Shown: piece by piece, positions 9,538 through 16,645 of the stretch
How positions within the stretch are numbered: position 1 is the stretch's first letter
Layout: each line of letters starts with the position of its first letter
NCBI GenBank assembly: GCA_036008365.1
Contig: DASYNV010000097.1
Span: 1-29,958 of the forward strand
Length of the DNA stretch: 29,958 bases
Direction of reading: 5' to 3'
Origin: Steroidobacteraceae bacterium
Lineage (GTDB): Bacteria; Pseudomonadota; Gammaproteobacteria; Steroidobacterales; Steroidobacteraceae
Made by a program: the position numbers and the translations under genes
The notes under the pieces: generated by a model
The model's database searches: none
What the model was told of the DNA's origin: nothing
The model's input: the letters and a program-made list of their open reading frames with translations, nothing else

Positions 9538-10206
9538 TCAGAAGATCGACTGCGGCACGACCAGCACGTCGCCGGGCTTCAGCGGCACGTTCTGCCGGAC
9601 ATCACCGTTGTTGACCAGGTCGGCGAGCTTCACGTGAATAATCGTCTCGCGGCCGTTTTCGACACGCACGATGCGCGAACGATTGCCGGAGGCGAACTGC
9701 GTGAGTCCGCCGACCGAGAGCACCGCGTCCAGGACCGTCATGCCCTCGCGGTAGGGCAGCGCCTGCGGCCGGGTCACCTGCCCGACTACCTTGACCAGGC
9801 TGTATGCGCTCGCCGCCGTGGTCACGATGATGTTGACCTTGGGCTGGCGCACGTACTCGGAGAGCACGCCCTCCAGGTCGCGTGCGAGCTGCGGCGCCGT
9901 CTTGCCGACCGCCACCATATTCTCGACGAGTGGCGTGGAGATCTTGCCGTCGGGGCGCACCGGAACGGTGATCGAAAGCTCGGGATTGCGCCACACGAAG
10001 ACTTCGAGTGTGTCGCCCGGACCGATGATGTAGTCGTTGCTGACGCCTTTGGCCGCTGCGGCGGCAACCCCGGTCGCGCCGCCCGGCGCGGGCGCAGCGG
10101 CAGCCGCACCCGGCGGAGTTGCTACGGGCGGGCTGGAGGCGCAGCTGATGGTCAACGAACTTACGACCAGCCAACCGGCCAGCATCAGCGCGCTCGGACG
10201 TCGCAT
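9538..10206 (-). CDS. wza: Wza/EpsE-like polysaccharide export lipoprotein
   Basis: Lipobox-like LTISC; polysaccharide export motif YIIGPGDTLEVFVWRNPELSITVPVRPDGKISTPL; SLBB repeat and NVPLKPGDVLVVP. ATG at 10206 has an AGGAAG RBS. Confidence 0.92.
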   Translation of the reverse strand: MRRPSALMLAGWLVVSSLTISCASSPPVATPPGAAAAAPAPGGATGVAAAAAKGVSNDYIIGPGDTLEVFVWRNPELSITVPVRPDGKISTPLVENMVAVGKTAPQLARDLEGVLSEYVRQPKVNIIVTTAASAYSLVKVVGQVTRPQALPYREGMTVLDAVLSVGGLTQFASGNRSRIVRVENGRETIIHVKLADLVNNGDVRQNVPLKPGDVLVVPQSIF

Positions 10207-10286
10207 CGCACTTCCTGGGTCCAAAAGTTGAGCGTATCAGAAGTCACAGGAGCACCGCCCCTTCTATCGGCAGCGGCCACGGGTCC

Positions 10287-10302
10287 TGCATGGACAGCGC
10301 CG
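10287..10302 (-). promoter_or_regulatory. Candidate sigma-54 promoter for the wza operon
   Basis: Minus strand reads CGGCGCTGTCCATGCA (GG-N10-GC spacing, ATGCA at -12), about 80 bp upstream of the wza ATG. Weaker match than the two central promoters. Confidence 0.4.
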
Positions 10303-10477
10303 CCAGGTGTTTGTTTTATCTTGCCCGACCTGTGCGTGGCGGCAACTGGCCGGACCGTCTCTTTGTCGCGACGAAGCTTGGCCGCGCTAGGGGGTTGGAT
10401 GGCGCGAACGCAGCCACAAACACGCGCCCGCGTAACGCGCCTTTCGCCCCGGTTGAGAGGCGACATAACGCGAAAGT

Positions 10478-10503
10478 GCCGCTGGCCGTTGCCGCTGGCC
10501 GTT
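10478..10503. repeat. 13-bp tandem direct repeat abutting the exosortase stop codon
   Basis: gccgctggccgtt at 10478-10490 and again at 10491-10503. Confidence 0.8.
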
Positions 10504-11965
10504 AGTGCAACGCTCCGCTGGCGGCGAAATCCCCAAGCGTGCGCCGCGCCGCTACGCAGTCGGGCCGGCACGCCGCCCGGAACGCGATGAGAGAGGCCGC
10601 CGGATGCGCGACCGTCGCGTTGAGCCCGTACCAGAACTGGGCCAGCAGCGGGTTGACAAACTCCCTGCCTGCACTTTGGTAGCGCGTCCAGATCACGAAG
10701 AGATCATGCGGATAGGCCCGATCGACCATCTCGCTTTCGCGAAACCTTCCTGCGGGCCCCGTCATCACAGCTTCCGAACGCAGCAGCAGCTGTCGACCGC
10801 CGAGTGAGTTGCCCGCAGCGAGAAGCTTCGCGTCCTGACGCTGCTCGAGGTAGGTGACCGAGAACAGCTCGACGGTTGGGCCGCCATCGGTGTAAGCCAG
10901 GCGCTGCTGCACCGCTGCGCCGGCAAAGCTCGGCTGCCAGGACGAATGTACGTCGACCGGCGCCGCCACCCACGGCGTGCGCGGATTGGCGTCCACCCTG
11001 GGTTTCGCGAGCGGCGCTTGCAGGCGCAGCGCGGCACTCACTGACGGGATCAGCACGAGGACGAGAGCGGCAACCGCGACGCGGCCAAGGTCCGTCCACA
11101 GGCGCGGCGATACGGCCGGCTGCATGGTGGCGGTTGCACCGGGCGCAGGGGCTTCGGGCCAGCGCCCGGTAATCCAGAAGAATGCGAACAATGCGACGCC
11201 GAACAACCCCCAGCCGAACCAGTAGTGGTTGCGCAGCAGCGAGCTGTGCATGTCGCTGAGATAGCCCGCTTCGATGACGCCGTATACCCGCACCCAGTTG
11301 GCGACCAGTGCGAGTACCGCCATGAGCGCCAGCTGCGCCAGGCGCACTTTCCAGGGATCGCGCCGCAGCTCGCCCTGCAGCGCCGCCACCGCGAGACCCA
11401 CGATCAGGTAGTGCAGCCCGCTGCAGCCTCCCTGGATCTCGAACGTACCGTTGGGCACCTGGATCAGATCGCCGGAAATGACGGCCTGCGGCCCGGTGAG
11501 ACTCAGAATGGAGCGCATCGCGCGCACCGTCAGTTCCTGCAGCGGCGCGGTCAGCTCCGACCACGACGGCTCTGCGAACAGGAAGAAAGCCGCGGGGAAG
11601 ACGAGCAGGCGCCCCACCGACCCTCCGAACGCCGCGGTCACAGCGAGCCAGAAGATCACGGGTGCGATCGTGATGTGCAGATCCTGGAAGCTCGCCCGGT
11701 AACACACCAGCCAGACGAGCACGGCGGCAGCGAGCGCGGCGAGCGCAACGGGCGACACCCGTGCCGGAGCGGCCTCGATTTCGCGTCGCGCGGCGATCAC
11801 CAGCACCACGCAGACCGCGACGATCAGCCAGCCGTGCGTGTAGGTGATGTTCGCGAAGTCCGTCCACTGCTCCCCAAGCACTCGCGCGCTCGGCCAGCAG
11901 ACCACCGCCACCAGCACAGCGAGGAGCAGGATCATCCACAGGCGCGGGAAGCGGCCCATCCGCAT
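10502..11965 (-). CDS. xrtA: Exosortase A (EpsH) with C-terminal EpsI domain
   Basis: Multi-TM N-terminus with YTHGWLI; catalytic triad candidates Cys (GGCSGLHYL), Arg (ANWVRVY) and His (RNHYWFGW); soluble C-terminal EpsI-like region. A PEP-CTERM substrate gene lies about 1 kb away. Confidence 0.92.
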   Translation of the reverse strand: MRMGRFPRLWMILLLAVLVAVVCWPSARVLGEQWTDFANITYTHGWLIVAVCVVLVIAARREIEAAPARVSPVALAALAAAVLVWLVCYRASFQDLHITIAPVIFWLAVTAAFGGSVGRLLVFPAAFFLFAEPSWSELTAPLQELTVRAMRSILSLTGPQAVISGDLIQVPNGTFEIQGGCSGLHYLIVGLAVAALQGELRRDPWKVRLAQLALMAVLALVANWVRVYGVIEAGYLSDMHSSLLRNHYWFGWGLFGVALFAFFWITGRWPEAPAPGATATMQPAVSPRLWTDLGRVAVAALVLVLIPSVSAALRLQAPLAKPRVDANPRTPWVAAPVDVHSSWQPSFAGAAVQQRLAYTDGGPTVELFSVTYLEQRQDAKLLAAGNSLGGRQLLLRSEAVMTGPAGRFRESEMVDRAYPHDLFVIWTRYQSAGREFVNPLLAQFWYGLNATVAHPAASLIAFRAACRPDCVAARRTLGDFAASGALH

Positions 11966-11989
11966 AGCGTAGCGAATGAGCCCGGCACT

Positions 11990-12014
11990 AGCCCCGTGAA
12001 ATGATCACGGGGCT
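11990..12014. terminator. Stem-loop between the FN3 lipoprotein gene and xrtA (terminator/attenuator or stabilising hairpin)
   Basis: agccccgtga-aatga-tcacggggct, a perfect 10-bp stem with no clear U-tract. Confidence 0.5.
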
Positions 12015-12031
12015 CTCAGGCAGGAATTGAC

Positions 12032-12415
12032 TCAGCTGATCGTCAGACTGACGATGTCAGACAGTGCGCTTTCTACCCCGGTGTTCGTAAAGGCACGGAT
12101 TGCGAAGTACCAGGTGCCCGTTGACAGACCGTCGACAACATAGGTCTGCATGCCGACACTGTTGACCTGTACGGTCTGCCTGAGCTCCGCCTCAGACACA
12201 CCGTAGTAAATGCGGTAGCCGGCCAGGTTGTTTAGCGGCGCACCGTTGGTATCGGTGGTCGGCGCCTCCCAGGACAGCGTCGCCGCATTGCTGGTCTGCG
12301 CACCGGTCGATGCGGGGCTCGCTGCGCCCACAGTGGCGTCACTCGACCCCTCATGGCAGCCTGCGAGCACCGCGGCCGCTACGAATAAAACCCACACCCG
12401 TTTCAGCGTTTTCAA
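12032..12415 (-). CDS. Small lipoprotein with a single fibronectin type III domain
   Basis: TTG at 12415 with a GGGAGG RBS; lipobox LAGC; FN3 pattern ATLSWEAP..GYRIYYG..TYVVDGLSTGTWYFAIRAF..GVES.LS; 127 aa. Confidence 0.82.
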   Translation of the reverse strand: MKTLKRVWVLFVAAAVLAGCHEGSSDATVGAASPASTGAQTSNAATLSWEAPTTDTNGAPLNNLAGYRIYYGVSEAELRQTVQVNSVGMQTYVVDGLSTGTWYFAIRAFTNTGVESALSDIVSLTIS

Positions 12416-12532
12416 GGCGCAAACCTCCCTCAGGCGCCCGCTCGAGAGCGGGCGTCTACAACACATCCCCAGAAGGAGCTGCACCGGGCGGGAAGCGAGA
12501 GAGCCGCGGCGGTACAGCGCAGAAGGGATCAG

Positions 12533-12548
12533 TGCAAAGGCTGTGCCG
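12533..12548 (-). promoter_or_regulatory. Sigma-54 (-24/-12) promoter driving the FN3 lipoprotein-xrtA arm
   Basis: Minus strand reads CGGCACAGCCTTTGCA, matching the TGGCACN5TTGCW consensus except at position 1. Confidence 0.8.
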
Positions 12549-12672
12549 CTACGGCTAAACGTTGGTTTGTCAGGAACTTACGCGCGCGGGCGACCCTGCC
12601 GCGGAAACCGGGCCTTAAGCTCGCGTCGCAGCAGCGCGACGGCACGAGCTTCAAGCCCGCTTTTTGAAAATA

Positions 12673-12685
12673 TAAATTATTGATT
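12673..12685 (-). promoter_or_regulatory. IHF binding site
   Basis: Minus strand AATCAATAATTTA is an exact WATCAAN4TTR match, inside the most AT-rich tract of the window. Confidence 0.72.
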
Positions 12686-12716
12686 TTTAAGAATAATACT
12701 TGGGTCGCCCTGCGCC

Positions 12717-12748
12717 GACACCGTACATAAGCTTAGACCTACAGTGTC
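12717..12748. promoter_or_regulatory. Dyad-symmetric candidate enhancer (bEBP site)
   Basis: GACACCGTA-N14-TACAGTGTC (8/9 inverted match), roughly midway between the two divergent sigma-54 promoters. Confidence 0.45.
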
Positions 12749-12826
12749 AATGGGTGATGGCCTTCACGTTTCGCGTCCCGAATATGTCGCATGAAGCGCT
12801 TGAGCGGGTTTCAGCTCTGTTAGGCT

Positions 12827-12842
12827 TGTGACCGATTTCACG
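12827..12842. promoter_or_regulatory. CRP/Clp-like binding site
   Basis: TGTGA-CCGATT-TCACG, one mismatch from TGTGA-N6-TCACA. Confidence 0.45.
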
Positions 12843-12887
12843 CCAACGGGGCTTACATAATTGGAGGTCCTGCGGGCGCGTCTGCAG

Positions 12888-12903
12888 CGGCAGACAGCTT
12901 GCA
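12888..12903 (+). promoter_or_regulatory. Sigma-54 (-24/-12) promoter driving the PEP-CTERM gene
   Basis: CGGCAGACAGCTTGCA (GG-N10-GC with TTGCA), about 100 bp upstream of the ATG. Confidence 0.72.
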
Positions 12904-13004
12904 AGGCATTGAGGAAAGCGACGAGCATGTGGCGGCGGCACGGCGTTTTGTGATCAGCCGGTCGGCCCGCGATGGCTAAGGATCGGTCATTGGAGGACTC
13001 TGCG

Positions 13005-13271
13005 ATGAAGAAGATGAAGTTGATCGCTGGCATAGTCAGCGTCGCGGCGGTGGGGACCGTGCTGTGGAGCATGCCTGCCATCGCGGAAACGGGTGACTCG
13101 GGCCGCGAGGCTCGCGACAAGTGGCCGGGCGCGGACAACTATGCGCCCCGCGAGACCAGCACCGCGTCGACCGCTACGGGTCTGCCTGAGCCGGGCACAC
13201 TGGCGCTGTTGGCGCTGGGCCTCGGCGGCCTCGGCGGTGCGGCACTGCGCCGCAGACGCGCTAAAGCCTGA
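13005..13271 (+). CDS. Minimal PEP-CTERM sorting-domain protein (exosortase substrate)
   Basis: GGAGG RBS 8 nt before ATG 13005; signal peptide ending MPAIA; C-terminal LPEPGTLALLALGLGGLGGAALRRRRAKA (PEP motif, TM helix, Arg cluster); 88 aa. Confidence 0.92.
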   Translation: MKKMKLIAGIVSVAAVGTVLWSMPAIAETGDSGREARDKWPGADNYAPRETSTASTATGLPEPGTLALLALGLGGLGGAALRRRRAKA

Positions 13272-13303
13272 AGATCGCGTTCCCGCGCCGGATCTGATCG
13301 AAA

Positions 13304-13330
13304 GGGACGGCTCCGTCGCGGAGCCGTCCC
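13304..13330. terminator. GC-rich stem-loop after the PEP-CTERM gene
   Basis: gggacggctcc-gtcgc-ggagccgtccc, a perfect 11-bp stem with no plus-strand U-tract. Confidence 0.6.
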
Positions 13331-13509
13331 CGACGGGTACGGCGCACTGTTCCCCCGCGTAAGCGTGGGGTGGCAGCATGGATTTTCAGCACGGAAGCTA
13401 TGATCGGACTGCGGGGTACGCGCGCTTGCCACAGATCTCACATTCTCGCGCCTATCCTGCAGACGCGCTCCCCTACGTCCCGCGGCCGGTAAGTCTCAAT
13501 GTCAGCACC

Positions 13510-14409
13510 GTGGCGGCCCATAGCGCGCGGCCGATCAATGCCTTTACCGTGGATGTCGAAGACTACTTTCACGTCGAGGCATTGAGCTCGGTCATCAGCC
13601 GCGAGAGCTGGTCGACACGCGAATACCGGGTTGAAGCCAACACCGAGCGGTTGCTCTGGGTCCTGGCCGAGCATGGCGTCGCCGGCACTTTCTTCGTCCT
13701 CGGCTGGGTCGCGGAGCGCTCTCCGGCGCTCGTGCGCCGCATCGCCGCGGCCGGTCATGAGATCGCCTGCCACGGGTATGCGCACCAGCTCGTTTATCAG
13801 CAGGCGCCGCAGGTGTTCCGGCAGGAGACGGTGCGCGCCAAGAGCTGTCTCGAGGACCTGATCGGGGAAGCGGTGCTCGGCTACCGCGCGGCGAGCTTCT
13901 CCGTGACCAAAGCTTCCCTCTGGGCGCTCGATGTGCTGATCGACCTTGGCTTCCGCTTCGACTCGTCGGTGTTCCCGATCCGCCACGACATCTACGGGCT
14001 GCCGGGCGCCTCACCCGAGCCCCATCGCATCGCCGCCCCTTCCGGGCGCACGCTCATCGAGTTTCCGATGTCCGCGGCGAGTTTCCTGGGAGCGCCGGTA
14101 CCGGTATCGGGCGGCGGCTACTTCCGCATACTGCCCTATTGGCTCACCCGCGCGGGCCTGAAGCAGATCAACGAGCAGCGCCAGCGCCCCTTCACGTTCT
14201 ACATGCATCCGTGGGAGCTCGACCCTGGACAGCCGCATGTGTCCGGCGTCAGCTGGTTCTCACGCTTCCGGCACTATACGAATCTCGAGCGCTGCGAGAG
14301 CCGCCTGCACCGGCTGCTCGGCGAGTTCGCGTTCACCTCCATGCGTGAGGCGCTGCGCCTGCGCGGCCTCGCGGCTGACGTCACCGGCGCCGCAACCGCG
14401 CTGCACTGA
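13510..14409 (+). CDS. CE4/NodB polysaccharide deacetylase, XrtA-system type
   Basis: NAFTVDVEDYFHV, HEIACHGYAH, GYRAASFS and FYMHPWE motifs. Start uncertain: GTG 13510 chosen, ORF open from ATG 13378. Confidence 0.9.
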   Translation: MAAHSARPINAFTVDVEDYFHVEALSSVISRESWSTREYRVEANTERLLWVLAEHGVAGTFFVLGWVAERSPALVRRIAAAGHEIACHGYAHQLVYQQAPQVFRQETVRAKSCLEDLIGEAVLGYRAASFSVTKASLWALDVLIDLGFRFDSSVFPIRHDIYGLPGASPEPHRIAAPSGRTLIEFPMSAASFLGAPVPVSGGGYFRILPYWLTRAGLKQINEQRQRPFTFYMHPWELDPGQPHVSGVSWFSRFRHYTNLERCESRLHRLLGEFAFTSMREALRLRGLAADVTGAATALH

Positions 14410-15786
14410 TCAGGCGGCCACGGCTCGCGACTGTGAGCCCTCGTGCGCACGGGGCGGCAGCAGCACGGTCACCGCGAGACCTCCGCCTTCGAGATTGCGC
14501 GCGCTGATGCTGCCGCCGTGCAGCGCCACCGCCCGTGCGGCGATGGCAAGGCCGAGCCCCTCGCCACCCGCGCTGCGATGCTCGCGCGCTACGTCTGCCC
14601 GATAGAACGGCTCGAAGATGAGCGCCAGATCCTTCTCCGGCACGCCCGGTCCCTGGTCACGCACCGCGACCTCAACAGGAGCGCCGTCCGCGCCCTTCTG
14701 GTGCGCGCTCACCGCCACCACGGCGCCCGCGGGACTGTAGCGCACGGCGTTACGGATCACGTTCTCGAATGCGCTGCGCAGCACCTCGGGGTCGCCCGAC
14801 ACCACGAGCTTGCCCTGCGCCTGCACGCTCACCAGGCAGCCGCGGGCGTCCGCCTCGATGGCGACGTCGGCGGCGATGTTCCGCAGCAGCTCGCCCACGT
14901 CGATGGTGAGGTGCTCGAGTGCGGCCGCGGGCCGCTCGAGCCGCACCAGCTTGAGCGTGCGCGCGATGAGCTGCTCGAGGCGGTCGGCTTCGCAGGCGAT
15001 GCGGGCGAGGTGGCGCTCGGCGCCGGTCTCATCGCGCCGCGCGAGCGACAGCGCGAGCTGCAGTCGCGCGAGCGGCGAGCGCAGCTCGTGCGACACGTCC
15101 CGCAGCAGCTGCTGCTTCGCCTCGAGGAGTTGCCGCAGGCGCTCCGCCATCGCGTCGAGGTCCGCCGCAAGCAGACCCAGGTCGTCGTGCCGCTGGCGCA
15201 GCGCGGGCAGCACGCGCACGTTCAGGTCGCCCGCCGCCATCCGCCGGGTCGCAACGCGCAGTCGGTCCACCGGCGCAGCGAGGTAGCGCGCGAGCACCAG
15301 GCACACCGCCGCGCTCACCCCGAGCGCGATGACCAGTATCGACAGCGGCACGCCGGGCAGCTCGAGCTCGCCAAACAGGCGCGGGCTGTCGCGTACCGGG
15401 CCGATGACCACGTGGTAGGTATTGCCCTCCGGCGCAACCAGCACCAGCGCGCCGCCGATCGGCGAGATCGCATCCCCGGTGGCGACAGCGGCGCCGGCGC
15501 TGAGGGGCGGTGGCAATGGCCGGCCAAGCATCTCCCGGCCGTCCGGCTCGATGACGTAGGTGCGCCCGAACGGCTCGCCGGCGAGCGATTGCAGCCAGTC
15601 CTTCAGCGCGGGCGGGCCGCCGGTCTCGAACGCGCGCGCCGCCTGCGCATACAGTTGGCCGCGCTGCACCCAGGGACGATCGGTGCGATGCGCGGTGGCA
15701 TTGACCGCCACCGTCACCGTGCCCACCAGGATCAGCGCCAGTGCCGCCCAGAACGCGAGGAAAATGCGCCAGTAGAGCGAGTGCAT
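14410..15786 (-). CDS. CpxA-like membrane sensor histidine kinase (HAMP-HisKA-HATPase)
   Basis: Two TMs; H-box DVSHELRSPLARL; N-box FENVIRNAVRY; G1 DQGPGV; F-box IFEPFYR; G2 GEGLGLAI. ATG at 15786. Confidence 0.93.
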   Translation of the reverse strand: MHSLYWRIFLAFWAALALILVGTVTVAVNATAHRTDRPWVQRGQLYAQAARAFETGGPPALKDWLQSLAGEPFGRTYVIEPDGREMLGRPLPPPLSAGAAVATGDAISPIGGALVLVAPEGNTYHVVIGPVRDSPRLFGELELPGVPLSILVIALGVSAAVCLVLARYLAAPVDRLRVATRRMAAGDLNVRVLPALRQRHDDLGLLAADLDAMAERLRQLLEAKQQLLRDVSHELRSPLARLQLALSLARRDETGAERHLARIACEADRLEQLIARTLKLVRLERPAAALEHLTIDVGELLRNIAADVAIEADARGCLVSVQAQGKLVVSGDPEVLRSAFENVIRNAVRYSPAGAVVAVSAHQKGADGAPVEVAVRDQGPGVPEKDLALIFEPFYRADVAREHRSAGGEGLGLAIAARAVALHGGSISARNLEGGGLAVTVLLPPRAHEGSQSRAVAA

Positions 15787-15787
15787 G

Positions 15788-16531
15788 TCAGGCCCCGTGC
15801 GGGGCTGCCGGGGTGCGCGCGGCATTCAGGGTGAGCGCGTAGCCCGAGCCGCGCACGCTCTGCACGTTGACGCGGTCGGTGTAGCGCACCATCTTGCGGC
15901 GCAGGTTCGACACATGGGTATCGAGGCTGCGGTCGGTCGGCAGCAGCCGACGCCCCAGGGCCTGCGTCATGAGGTCATCGCGCGTCACCGTGCGGGTGTC
16001 CGCGCGCACCAGCAGCTCGAGGATGCGCAGCTCCGCCGAAGTGAGCTCGAGATCGTGCTCGCCGACCTCGGCGCGGCGCGCCCGCAGATCGAGCCGCAGC
16101 GGTCCCCATACGATGAGCCCCGCGGGGGCGGCGGTCTCGCCCGGCGTCCGCCGCAGCACCGCGCGGATGCGCGCCACCAGCTCGCGGGGACTGAAGGGCT
16201 TGGCGAGATAATCGTCCGCGCCCATCTCGAGACCGACGACGCGGTCGACCTCCTCGCCGCGCGCGGTGAGCATGATCACCGGCACGCGGCTCACCGCACG
16301 GATGCGCCGCAGCACCTCGAATCCGGACAGCTCGGGCAGCATCACATCCAGCACCACCAGGTCGAACGGCTGGCGCGCGAGCTGCTCGAGGCCAGCAGGA
16401 CCGGTGCCGGCGGTGTGGGTCGCGAACCCCTCCGGGGTGAGGTACTCGGCCAGCATGGCGCACAGCTCCTGGTCATCATCGATGATCAGCAACAGTGGCT
16501 TCGCATCGCCGGCGGTCTCGCGCCCTTCCAT
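15788..16531 (-). CDS. OmpR/CpxR-family response regulator
   Basis: LLIIDDD, VVLDVMLP (phospho-Asp), MLTARG, GADDYLAKPF; winged-helix RSLDTHVSNLRRK and VRGSGY. ATG at 16531. Confidence 0.95.
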   Translation of the reverse strand: MEGRETAGDAKPLLLIIDDDQELCAMLAEYLTPEGFATHTAGTGPAGLEQLARQPFDLVVLDVMLPELSGFEVLRRIRAVSRVPVIMLTARGEEVDRVVGLEMGADDYLAKPFSPRELVARIRAVLRRTPGETAAPAGLIVWGPLRLDLRARRAEVGEHDLELTSAELRILELLVRADTRTVTRDDLMTQALGRRLLPTDRSLDTHVSNLRRKMVRYTDRVNVQSVRGSGYALTLNAARTPAAPHGA

Positions 16532-16590
16532 GAGTGCAGACGATACACGCTCCCGGCCCGCGCCGGTTTCACCGCCGCCCAAACGCAGAC

Positions 16591-16608
16591 TTCTTTGCAT
16601 TTCTTTGC
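16591..16608 (-). promoter_or_regulatory. CpxR-box-like tandem repeat upstream of the response regulator
   Basis: Minus strand GCAAAGAA-AT-GCAAAGAA, i.e. GCAAA-N5-GCAAA with a 10-bp period, resembling the CpxR consensus GTAAA-N5-GTAAA. Confidence 0.55.
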
Positions 16609-16645
16609 CGGCGCGCAGCGTGCGCACGGGGCGCGGCGTGCGGAC

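Noticed and set aside
7977-9614. 545-aa plus-strand ORF (also 5831-7048 and 7141-8088)
   Set aside because: Antisense shadows of well-supported EPS export genes; long stop-free antisense frames are expected at this GC content.
12939-12962. Additional sigma-54-like strings near the PEP-CTERM leader (tggcggcggcacggc, cggcacggcgttttg)
   Set aside because: They either lack the TT before GC or have the wrong -24/-12 spacing; 12888-12903 is a much better match.
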